A DNA stretch of 34,329 nt from a virus (taxonomy: Duplodnaviria > Caudoviricetes), in IMG/VR virus record IMGVR_UViG_3300022217_000232, positions 1 to 34,329 of that record; one strand, given 5' to 3'. Below the pieces are notes generated by a model. It did no database searches. It saw only the letters and a list, made by a program, of their open reading frames with translations, and was not told the origin of the DNA. Within the stretch, counting starts at the first letter, position 1, and each line of letters begins with the position of its first letter. Positions 17,229 through 24,907 of the stretch are shown here, in pieces. The translations under genes were made by a program, and so were the position numbers.

Positions 17229-18230
17229 AATTCTTCTATTACGAATTTTTAAAGTAATACTTATTTTATTTCGACTTTCTTGAGATATTTCATGCCCCAT
17301 TAACGCTTTACTTATATTCTTACATGTGTTCTGTGATCTTTTTATTCCTGTAAGTGAATTTCTTCTTTTATCTCTTGTTTCTTGAGATTGAGGAGGTCTG
17401 TTTTTAGCTGACTCTCTTTATTTAGCTTTTGTTTCATCTGATACAAATTTACCTTTTTGGCTTTCACTTATATTTTTACATTGCTCTTCAGTTCTTTTTT
17501 GCCCTCTATTTTTTTCAGAAATCTCCCTATAAAATTCTTTCCCCTCTTCTGTTTTAGCAAATTCTTTTTGTCTTTCACTCTGTTCTTTTCTTTGTTTATC
17601 TGTTCTGTTTAAACCAGTAATGGCTTTTATCATATTCAATTTATGTTCTTTTGAAAGAGGGTTTCCTGTTTTAGCAATACTAATTTTTTCTTTATGTTCA
17701 TCTGAGCACTTTGTATTTTTTAATGGATGAGGACCTAATCTTGTTTCATTTCTTAGTATTAAAGATTTACTAATTTTTTCTTTAGTTTTTTCTGAGCGTT
17801 TTTTACCTTTCCTGGCGTTGCTCATTTTTTCTCTTGTTTCTTTTGAAAATAATTGGCCTTGATTCCCTTCACCTCCATTTGTCATATTCAATAATGTGCC
17901 TCTTTTTAAATCTCTCCTACCAATTATTCTAATTAATTTTATTTCTTCCGCAAACGCTTCTATCTTTGTTACATTATGTAAAATTTTAAATCTTATAGGT
18001 TCAATATTTTTATTATACAAACTTTTCAATTTAGAATAAAAAGGTGTTATTTTTTCTAATACTTTACCTTCTATTATACATTTCCAATGTTCTTCTTTTC
18101 TACCCCTACAACCTTTTCCTATATAAATCGGCTCATAACAAAAGTTATATATTTCTAATCCTTCTTTGTAAATAAAATCTCCAGGTTTCCTTGGATCTAA
18201 ATAAACATAAGTATAAAATATATTTTTCAT
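17211..18230 (-). pseudogene. GIY-YIG homing endonuclease with NUMOD3-like repeats (Seg-like), in-frame TAA at 17418-17420
   Basis: FYTYVYLDPRKPG...YIGKG...R, EIKLIRIIGR...NMTNGGEG, SKETREKMS repeats; repeats continue past the TAA (KAK*RESAKNRPPQSQETRDK...) to 17211; true start 18230. Confidence 0.85.
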
Positions 18231-18254
18231 CCTTCTAACTCCTTTATAAATATT

Positions 18255-18322
18255 TTTGAGAGACAACAGTGATCTAACTTCCATTGCTGGTTTGATGGTG
18301 GAACATCAAACCTAACCTCAAA
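18255..18322. ncRNA. Conserved three-way-junction structure, copy A, upstream of endonuclease 1
   Basis: Gene-sense: P1 TTTGAG/CTCAAA, P2 GTTTGATG/CATCAAAC, P3 CAGCAATGG/TCACTGTTG; covaries with copy B; transcribed strand unresolved. Confidence 0.7.
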
Positions 18323-18324
18323 TC

Positions 18325-18999
18325 TTACTTTAAAGATTTTAAAAATTTTAAAATAGCTTTTTGCATATGATGCTCTAAAAATACACTTTTTTTAGGTAAA
18401 TTAGATAAATCTTCCTCTAATTCATCGTATACATTTTCTATTACTTCTTTTATTCCTCCTGTACTTTCATCGACAACAAATCTACGAGATTCAACAACGC
18501 TATCCATATAACACCCAGGTCCAGATGGATCAGAAACAGCATCAATTGTAACCAACTTATAGTTGCTACCAACTATGCCTTTTTCATTAACACTACCTAA
18601 TCCTCTAGTTGACATTCCAATTTTATATTCATCATCAATTAGGTTCTTTATTAATGAACCTAGTGGAGTAGATGCAACTTTAGCTTTACCTATCCATATA
18701 TTACCTTGTCTATTTAATTCTGTAATATAATGGGATATTCTTTCAGGATTAATTTCAGGAGTTTGAGGATGATTTAATTCACCACCTAACCTACCTCTTT
18801 CATTAATCTTTTTTAGAATATTATTAACTTCTCTTTCTATAACTGAAGCTTCATATATTCTACCATTTTTATTTTTTGTTTCTGAAACAATCATAGGACC
18901 TTTAATATAATAATCTTTCTTACCAGTTGTAGCTTCTTCTATAATTGATTCAAAATTTTGACAATCAATATCTTCACGTAAAAGTTTTAAATAATTCAT
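18325..18999 (-). CDS. gp21: Prohead protease (T4 gp21-like)
   Basis: NKNGRIY, GELNHP, ISHYI, TPLG, GMSTRGLGS, DAVSDPS. Confidence 0.95.
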   Translation of the reverse strand: MNYLKLLREDIDCQNFESIIEEATTGKKDYYIKGPMIVSETKNKNGRIYEASVIEREVNNILKKINERGRLGGELNHPQTPEINPERISHYITELNRQGNIWIGKAKVASTPLGSLIKNLIDDEYKIGMSTRGLGSVNEKGIVGSNYKLVTIDAVSDPSGPGCYMDSVVESRRFVVDESTGGIKEVIENVYDELEEDLSNLPKKSVFLEHHMQKAILKFLKSLK

Positions 19000-19002
19000 A
19001 TA

Positions 19003-19341
19003 TTATTTTACCTTAACCGATTTTTCTAATTTCTTAAGAATTTTTATAGCCTCTTCTTCAGTTTTAATTTTAGATTGATGAAATACTATTGCTCCTGTAG
19101 TATTCCCGCCTTTTATTTCTGAAGTGCTTGAAGTAATACTTACTTGAAATGGTCCAGAAAGTATACCTTCTCCCCAATTTGTATAAGCTCCTAATATGAT
19201 AATTTCGCCTTTACCTACTGATATTGTTTTTCTCCAAACTTCAGTATTTCTAACTTCACCAACATCATTAGGATATACTGATTCTTCAATGACTTCTTTT
19301 TTTATATTTAACTGTTTATTGATTTTGTCTAATATATCCAT
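19003..19341 (-). CDS. Small head-module protein with shared N-terminal signal (MDILDKINKQLNIKKEVIEE)
   Basis: ORF track; paralogous N-terminus, unrelated C-terminus. Confidence 0.7.
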   Translation of the reverse strand: MDILDKINKQLNIKKEVIEESVYPNDVGEVRNTEVWRKTISVGKGEIIILGAYTNWGEGILSGPFQVSITSSTSEIKGGNTTGAIVFHQSKIKTEEEAIKILKKLEKSVKVK

Positions 19342-19346
19342 ATTAA

Positions 19347-19622
19347 TTATTCTTCGTCCTTACCGTCGTCAGAATTCTTGTCTTTCTTATCATCTTTATC
19401 ATTAGAATCTTTGTCATCCATATCGTCATCTTCTTCTTTCAATGCCTTCTTTTTAGAATTGCTAGATTTATAATCTTTAGTTTCAGAAACAAATCCTAAT
19501 TCTTCAGATTTATTAGCAACTTTATCAATAATTTTTTCTTTAACAATATCTCTCAGTGCACTTTTTGCCTCTGCAAATTTACCATCATTTATGAAATCTA
19601 CTACTTCTTTAGTTGTACTCAT
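19347..19622 (-). CDS. Prohead core protein (T4 gp67-like)
   Basis: Short helical N-terminus, very acidic tail, positioned between gp20 and gp21. Confidence 0.55.
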   Translation of the reverse strand: MSTTKEVVDFINDGKFAEAKSALRDIVKEKIIDKVANKSEELGFVSETKDYKSSNSKKKALKEEDDDMDDKDSNDKDDKKDKNSDDGKDEE

Positions 19623-19638
19623 TTATATAGTTCTCCTT

Positions 19639-19939
19639 TTAATTTTTATTTAAATCTACACTTTTAACTTTTTTAGGTCCTAATCCCAATTCAAATAATA
19701 CTTTATCAAATATTAATGATCCACCTTTAACCCATTCATTATATTTATCATAAACTTTAGAACCTAACCATTTTTTAATTTCTTTTGCTACTTTCTTTTC
19801 ACCTGGATCTTCTCCATTTTCCCACTCAATCCATTCTTTTTTTGTAACATTTACTCCTTTATCTTTTAGAGCTGGTAAAACTTTATCATAATCTGTTTTA
19901 GCTTCATTTAATATTTTGTCTATTTTTTATAATATCCAT
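19639..19939 (-). pseudogene. Small head-module protein with shared N-terminal signal (MDII.KIDKILNEAK...), frameshifted at A6 (plus-strand T 19923-19928)
   Basis: Missed by ORF track; AAGGA RBS + ATG 19939; downstream frame open for ~93 codons (DKILNEAKTDYDKVLPALKDKG...DLNKN*). Confidence 0.7.
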
Positions 19940-19953
19940 TCTATATTATCCTT

Positions 19954-20184
19954 TTAATATGTTATATTACTTCCCGTAAATCCTTGAGAAGTTTTATGAT
20001 AATGACCCATTTGCTCTTCTGAAAATTGCTCAATCCCAGTCTCTTCTAAGTTAACTAATCTATGAAAATGACTACCTTCTTTAGTAACAATAGGAGGACC
20101 AGTTAATTGACCATTTCCATATTTATGAATATGACCATCTCCATATTCGTTTAATATATTATCTATCTTTTCTAATATGTCCAT
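19954..20184 (-). CDS. Small head-module protein with shared N-terminal signal (MDILEKIDNILNE) and three HxH repeats
   Basis: GHIH, SHFH, GHYH. Confidence 0.7.
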   Translation of the reverse strand: MDILEKIDNILNEYGDGHIHKYGNGQLTGPPIVTKEGSHFHRLVNLEETGIEQFSEEQMGHYHKTSQGFTGSNITY

Positions 20185-20216
20185 ATTTATTAAAAAAATC
20201 CTTTATCTATTTTAAT

Positions 20217-20224
20217 TATTTATA
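20217..20224 (-). promoter_or_regulatory. T4-type late promoter
   Basis: TATAAATAATTAAAA upstream of 20184. Confidence 0.7.
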
Positions 20225-20251
20225 TAATTTATTTTTTACTTTTAGTCATTC

Positions 20252-21892
20252 TTACTTACTATGTCCAAAACTATATGAACTTTGGAGAATTTCATTTTCT
20301 TCCTCAGGTTCTTTTTCTTTTTCAGGAGGAGCTTTCTCACCATCACCAGTTTCTCCTCCATCTTCTGGTTCTTCAATTGGCTCTAATTCTTTGGTTTCTT
20401 TTTCCATTTGTTTTTTCATTTCTTGTATTTCATCATCCGACATTCTTAAAATAGTCTTTTGTAGATACTCCAGTGAATATACTTTCTTTTGCTCTTCTTC
20501 ACCAGGAGTATATTGTAAAGCTTCAGCAAATAATTCTAATCTTTCTCTAAAGTTAGCTAACTTTTTAGATTCTCTCCATTCATTTTCAACATTAAATTGT
20601 ATAACTATTTGATCTTTAGTTAATTTATATTGTTTCCATAAACCTATTAATTCTAAATGTTTAACAAAAACCTGATATACAAAATCAGAAAATCTAACTC
20701 TTACTCGTTGCACATATTTAGAAAATTCAATTTCTTCTCTATTTACAGTACCTTCAGCACCTCTAGGATAATATTCATTACCACTATCTTCATCTAATCT
20801 TTTTGTAGGTACCTTTAGAGCTTTATATAATTTTTTAACAAATAACATTATATCATCTATAGAATCAGCAAAATTTGAAGTTCCACCTATAGTATCTACA
20901 GTAGTACCTGAACCATCTGCTCTCTTCGGAAAATAGAAATTTTCAATCATACTTATAACATTTCGTCCAACATCGACCTCACCTGTGCTTGGGTTATAAA
21001 CTTTTTTCTGTTTGTATTTTTGTATAATTTCATTTAAAAATACTTCAGCTTTATTTTTAGGTAGATTACCAACATCAATATTGAAAGCTAATTTTTCAGG
21101 AGCTCTAACTAATCTATGTACGATTAATGCATCTTCTAACCATTTTAATTGTCTATATGCTATTTTAGCTCTTTCTAAGTATGACAAATATACATTTCTT
21201 TCTGAACAAAATAATCCAGAATTAACATATGCTATCTGCTCAGAACTAAATTCAATTTCCTCTTCTTGAGAAGAATTTCTTATAACACTTAAATAATTTT
21301 GATGAGTACTTGAATCTGGTATAATTTTTTGAACAAATTTAGTATTTTCACCAAATTTATCTTGCTCAGTTATCATAGTTTCTGGTGGTAATACATTTAT
21401 CTTTTTAATACCATCTTTAGGTTTTTTAGGATTAATAACCATCTCTGCAAATAATTCAGCTTCAATATAAAATTTTCTAAAATAAGTAAATCCATTTGTA
21501 TTAAAATCTAAAACTTTATCTATTATATATTCAAATTCTTTTTGTAAATTTTTAATTACATTTTGATTTTTAGATAATTTTTCATCATTTATTTGCAGAG
21601 ATAAAACTTCATTATTATCATCTACTACAATAGCTTCATCACATATCTTATCTAAAGCATCTGCTACTTCAGGAAACATAGCCATAGCTCTATAATCATT
21701 AATTAATTTTCTTTTATCAGCAGCAATTTGATATATGGATGTATAATATGAATTTATAGAAAAAGTTTCAAAATTAGAAAATCCAACTGATTCTATTTCT
21801 TCTTCTTTTTCCGCTGTTTTATCAAAAGTTTTCTTTAAACTTTCAGGACTTTCTCCTAATAAGTAATATCCTATTTTTTCTCTAAAATTCAT
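20252..21892 (-). CDS. gp20: Portal protein (T4 gp20-like)
   Basis: YRAMAMFPEV, LEDALIVHRLVRAPE, IDVGNLPKNKAE, LYKALKVP, REEIEFSKYVQR. Confidence 0.95.
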   Translation of the reverse strand: MNFREKIGYYLLGESPESLKKTFDKTAEKEEEIESVGFSNFETFSINSYYTSIYQIAADKRKLINDYRAMAMFPEVADALDKICDEAIVVDDNNEVLSLQINDEKLSKNQNVIKNLQKEFEYIIDKVLDFNTNGFTYFRKFYIEAELFAEMVINPKKPKDGIKKINVLPPETMITEQDKFGENTKFVQKIIPDSSTHQNYLSVIRNSSQEEEIEFSSEQIAYVNSGLFCSERNVYLSYLERAKIAYRQLKWLEDALIVHRLVRAPEKLAFNIDVGNLPKNKAEVFLNEIIQKYKQKKVYNPSTGEVDVGRNVISMIENFYFPKRADGSGTTVDTIGGTSNFADSIDDIMLFVKKLYKALKVPTKRLDEDSGNEYYPRGAEGTVNREEIEFSKYVQRVRVRFSDFVYQVFVKHLELIGLWKQYKLTKDQIVIQFNVENEWRESKKLANFRERLELFAEALQYTPGEEEQKKVYSLEYLQKTILRMSDDEIQEMKKQMEKETKELEPIEEPEDGGETGDGEKAPPEKEKEPEEENEILQSSYSFGHSK

Positions 21893-21914
21893 TTAATACC
21901 TTATACTTTTTAAT

Positions 21915-21922
21915 TATTTATA
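21915..21922 (-). promoter_or_regulatory. T4-type late promoter
   Basis: TATAAATAATTAAAAA upstream of portal. Confidence 0.75.
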
Positions 21923-21931
21923 TATTTTTAT

Positions 21932-22474
21932 TTATCGTCTAACTCTTCTTTTACGACTTTTTGCCTTAGCTCTAGATTTTTTTACTTTAGTTTTTGCTCT
22001 TGCTTTCATAGCTCTAATAGCTAATTTTTGAATTTGCTCAGGAGATACCCCAATAATTCTTTGAGTATCAGATTTTATAATTTCTTTATTTACTGCTACG
22101 GGATCCCATTGCCATGCATCAGTAAATGAAACATTTCTAATTCTATTAGTAAAATATCTCCTATATGCGATCAAAGCTTGAGGATACGTTCTCTTAATCC
22201 ATTCGTATGTAAACCCCTTAATTGGCTCTCCAAATTCATGAAAATCACCAATATTGAAAACTTTTTTCATAATAGAGATAAGTTTACGTCTTTGTGATAC
22301 GGTCATCCAGTGGATGTTCAGGGCACTAATATATTTTTTTTCAGTATCATAGTTGATAAAAATAATTAATGGGCGTCTGTCAAATTCCGTCAATTTATCT
22401 AAGTGCTTTGGAGAATAACTGAATGTTGCAAAACCACCAGCTGCAAATTTTTTATAAGTCTGTCTAAAAGCCAT
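21932..22474 (-). CDS. gp2: DNA end protector (T4 gp2-like)
   Basis: FSYSPKH...FDRRPLI...LNIHW...YRRY pattern, basic tail; near gp4. Confidence 0.65.
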   Translation of the reverse strand: MAFRQTYKKFAAGGFATFSYSPKHLDKLTEFDRRPLIIFINYDTEKKYISALNIHWMTVSQRRKLISIMKKVFNIGDFHEFGEPIKGFTYEWIKRTYPQALIAYRRYFTNRIRNVSFTDAWQWDPVAVNKEIIKSDTQRIIGVSPEQIQKLAIRAMKARAKTKVKKSRAKAKSRKRRVRR

Positions 22475-22496
22475 TCATATCCTTAATATTTTTAAT

Positions 22497-22530
22497 TATT
22501 TATAAAAGTTGAAATTAGTTTATATAAATA
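22497..22530. promoter_or_regulatory. Divergent pair of T4-type late promoters
   Basis: Minus TATAAATA 22504-22497 (gp2) and plus TATAAATA 22523-22530 (endonuclease 2/gp4). Confidence 0.75.
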
Positions 22531-22537
22531 ATTAAAA

Positions 22538-22607
22538 ATAGAGATAAGGTTGGATGATGATGCATCCAACCAACAGTGGGGAAATTAATTCACTGCTGTC
22601 TCTCTAT
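22538..22607. ncRNA. Conserved three-way-junction structure, copy B, upstream of endonuclease 2
   Basis: P1 ATAGAG/CTCTAT, P2 GTTGGATG/CATCCAAC, P3 CAACAGTGG/TCACTGCTG; begins 8 nt after a late promoter. Confidence 0.7.
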
Positions 22608-22636
22608 CCACAATTATTTATAAAGGGAAATAAGTC

Positions 22637-23799
22637 ATGACAGATATCAATAATGAAATTCTATTAATTGAAGATAAACGATTCTATACATATATTTATC
22701 TAGATTCTAGAAAGCCAGGAAAATATTCATATAATGGAGGTAAAGATTGTTTTGATTATGAGCCATTTTATGTCGGTAAGGGTAAAGGAGATAGATATTA
22801 TGATCATGTAGAGGAAGCTATTAAAAGTAATAAAAATAATTATAAATTGAATAAAATTAAAAAATATTTAAAACTAATCTTGAACCAATAATTATTAAAA
22901 GTGAAGAAAATCTAAATGAACAAGAAGCGTTTGATGAAGAAATAAGATTAATTTGGGTAATTGGTCGTCGAGATATGAATATGGGTCCATTAACTAATTT
23001 AACATGGGGAGGGGAAGGTGGAAGAGGTATAATTTTAACTGAAGACAAAAAAAGACAAATTTATCACGATAATAATAGAACTAAAAATATGAAAGAAAGC
23101 TTATTAAAATTTTATCAAACAGAAAGAGGTAAAAAAATAGCTAAAGAAATTGGCATATCAGGTGGGAAAACTAGAAAGGGTGTAAAACGTGGCCCATATG
23201 GTCCTAATAAAGCTAGAGGTCGAATATCACCACTTAAAGGTAAAAAGTATACTGAAGAAGAGAAAGATATATTATATGAATCTAGAAGAGGAATAATAAG
23301 AACAGATGAACAGCGAAATAATTATAGTGAAGCAACTAAGAAATATTTACAATCTGAAAAAGGTAAATTGGAATTTAAAGAGAGGAACAAAAAACAAAAA
23401 GAATCTTTATCTTTAACTAATAAAAAGAAATTAGCAGAAAAAGATAAAATAGATCCTTGGATAACATATACTTGCGAATTTAAAAATTGTAAAAATGAAA
23501 CTACAATGAGAACATCAAAATATAATAAACGATTAGAAAAATACAAAATCAATATATGTACATGTAGAAAATCTTATTGTGCTAACAATCAAATGAATAA
23601 ATTAAAAACTATAAAAAGATTAGAGTTAGAAAATAAAGAAAATCCATATATTATTCTTAAATGTGAATATAATAATTGTGGAAAAGAATTTAAAATAAGA
23701 GTAAAAGACTCAAAGAAAAGGTATGAAAAATATAATATGAATATTTGTGACTGTGCACGTAAATTGCCAAAACCTAGAAAGAATAAAAATGGCAAATAA
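22637..23799 (+). pseudogene. GIY-YIG homing endonuclease with duplicated Cys-rich C-terminal domain, split by -1 frameshift at A6 22859-22864
   Basis: FYTYIYLDSRKPG...YVGKG...R; adding one A gives KIKKIFKTNLEPIII...IGRRDMNMGPLTNLTWGGEG; CEFKNC...CTC and CEYNNC...CDC repeats. Confidence 0.85.
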
Positions 23800-24253
23800 A
23801 AATAAATTTCATCAAGGAGAATATACTCCTATTAATCCAGAAAAATATAAAGGGACATATCCGATATATTTTAGATCATCCTGGGAAAAAAAATTTTCGA
23901 AATGGGCAGATTTACATTCAAGTGTGATAAGTTGGGGTTCAGAAACTATTTTTATTCACTATTATCATCCTATAAAAAAAAGAATAGCTAGATACTTCCC
24001 CGATTATTATTTAATTATGAAAGATAAAGAAGGGATAATAACAAAATATATAGTTGAGGTGAAACCATGGAAAGAAACCATTCCTCCAGAACGGAAAAAA
24101 GGTAAGCGTAAAAAAACATTATTATATGAATCTGCTACTTGGATTGTAAATCAGGCTAAATGGGAATCAGCTAAAAAATGGTGTAAAAAGAAAGGATTGA
24201 TTTTTATAATAATTACGGAAAAACAATTATTTCCACATCGTTTTAAAAAATGA
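23789..24253 (+). CDS. gp4: Head completion nuclease (T4 gp4-like, TnsA-like fold)
   Basis: NPEKYKG, RSSWE, WGSE, RYFPD, VEVKP, NQAKW, ITEK; start reassigned to MANK 23789. Confidence 0.9.
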   Translation: MANKNKFHQGEYTPINPEKYKGTYPIYFRSSWEKKFSKWADLHSSVISWGSETIFIHYYHPIKKRIARYFPDYYLIMKDKEGIITKYIVEVKPWKETIPPERKKGKRKKTLLYESATWIVNQAKWESAKKWCKKKGLIFIIITEKQLFPHRFKK

Positions 24254-24286
24254 AAAGCCGACTATTTTTAGTCGGCTTTTTATTTT
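24253..24286. terminator. Bidirectional intrinsic terminator between convergent genes
   Basis: AAAAGCCGACTA-TTTT-TAGTCGGCTTTT with A/T runs on both sides. Confidence 0.85.
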
Positions 24287-24304
24287 ATATTAAAAGCTAT
24301 AATT

Positions 24305-24490
24305 TTATTTTCCTACATCAATCCAACCAGTTATCATACCAACAGGAGGTAAAATGCCGACAGTATGAATAATTTCAGCTTTATAAGGTTCTTTAAAGTC
24401 ACATTCTGTTAATTTAATAATATTTTTTACCCAACCAATACCAACAACCAATAATACAATTATTTGTATTATCAAAATATTTTTTACCAT
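24305..24490 (-). CDS. Small membrane protein (GWVKNIIKL..CDF..PYKAE family)
   Basis: Motif recurrent in phage small proteins; AAGGAG leader. Confidence 0.7.
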   Translation of the reverse strand: MVKNILIIQIIVLLVVGIGWVKNIIKLTECDFKEPYKAEIIHTVGILPPVGMITGWIDVGK

Positions 24491-24506
24491 TTTTAATCTC
24501 CTTTGT

Positions 24507-24692
24507 TTATTTGATTAATTCAACTAAATTATCAAAATGATATTCAACTTCATTTAAACCATATGAGTGTCCATATTCCCATGCTAGATTAAAACATTTT
24601 TCCAATTTAGGATTGTTTTCAACATCATAACCTTTAGCCAATTTATTCTTAAAATCTTCTCTTTCTTTTTTAGCCTTTTTAAATCTATCCAT
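24507..24692 (-). CDS. Hypothetical protein (AWEYGHSYG)
   Basis: Start reassigned to ATG 24692 after AAGGAGATTGAAAATG. Confidence 0.7.
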   Translation of the reverse strand: MDRFKKAKKEREDFKNKLAKGYDVENNPKLEKCFNLAWEYGHSYGLNEVEYHFDNLVELIK

Positions 24693-24694
24693 TT

Positions 24695-24835
24695 TCAATC
24701 TCCTTTTATTAATCCAATAATAGACACAGCCCACATAATACCTGACATTACCCCTGCAAATATATTATCGTCTTCTGTTAAGAAAAATAAAGCTACCCCC
24801 GCAATAAAAATCGACGCATAAGCTAATTTGTTCAT
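24695..24835 (-). CDS. Small two-TM membrane protein, 46 aa
   Basis: Missed by ORF track; first ORF after early promoter copy 4. Confidence 0.65.
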   Translation of the reverse strand: MNKLAYASIFIAGVALFFLTEDDNIFAGVMSGIMWAVSIIGLIKGD

Positions 24836-24869
24836 TTTCAATCTCCTTTTTTATTTAATTTATATTATA

Positions 24870-24898
24870 ATTATATAATATCATAAACTTAATGTCAA
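24870..24898 (-). promoter_or_regulatory. sigma70-type early promoter, copy 4 (TTGACA-17-TATAAT)
   Basis: TTGACA 24898-24893, TATAAT 24875-24870. Confidence 0.9.
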
Positions 24899-24907
24899 GT
24901 AAACAAT

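Noticed and set aside
13582-17420. Alternative genetic code (stop recoding)
   Set aside because: TAA, TAG and TGA all terminate well-defined genes in the window and core genes are uninterrupted in code 11
18231-18284. ORF-track N-terminal extension of endonuclease 1 (MEVRSLL...)
   Set aside because: Lies in the structured element; RBS and spacing shared with copy B point to ATG 18230
14289-21269. Plus-strand ORFs antisense to head genes (14289, 15947, 16741, 19196, 20391, 21012)
   Set aside because: Shadow frames of real genes; no RBS, Phe/Ser/Ile-rich composition
18255-22607. Structured elements as hammerhead ribozyme, tRNA or simple terminator
   Set aside because: No CUGANGA/GAAA core shared by both copies, no D/T-loop consensus or CCA, and a multibranch fold without a consistent U-tract
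17211-23799. Endonucleases as group I intron ORFs or inteins
   Set aside because: Flanking gp21, gp2 and gp4 are complete and uninterrupted; the genes are free-standing
23789-24253. TnsA-like transposase indicating a Tn7 element
   Set aside because: Motifs and position near gp2/gp20 fit T4 gp4; no tnsB/tnsC or transposon ends
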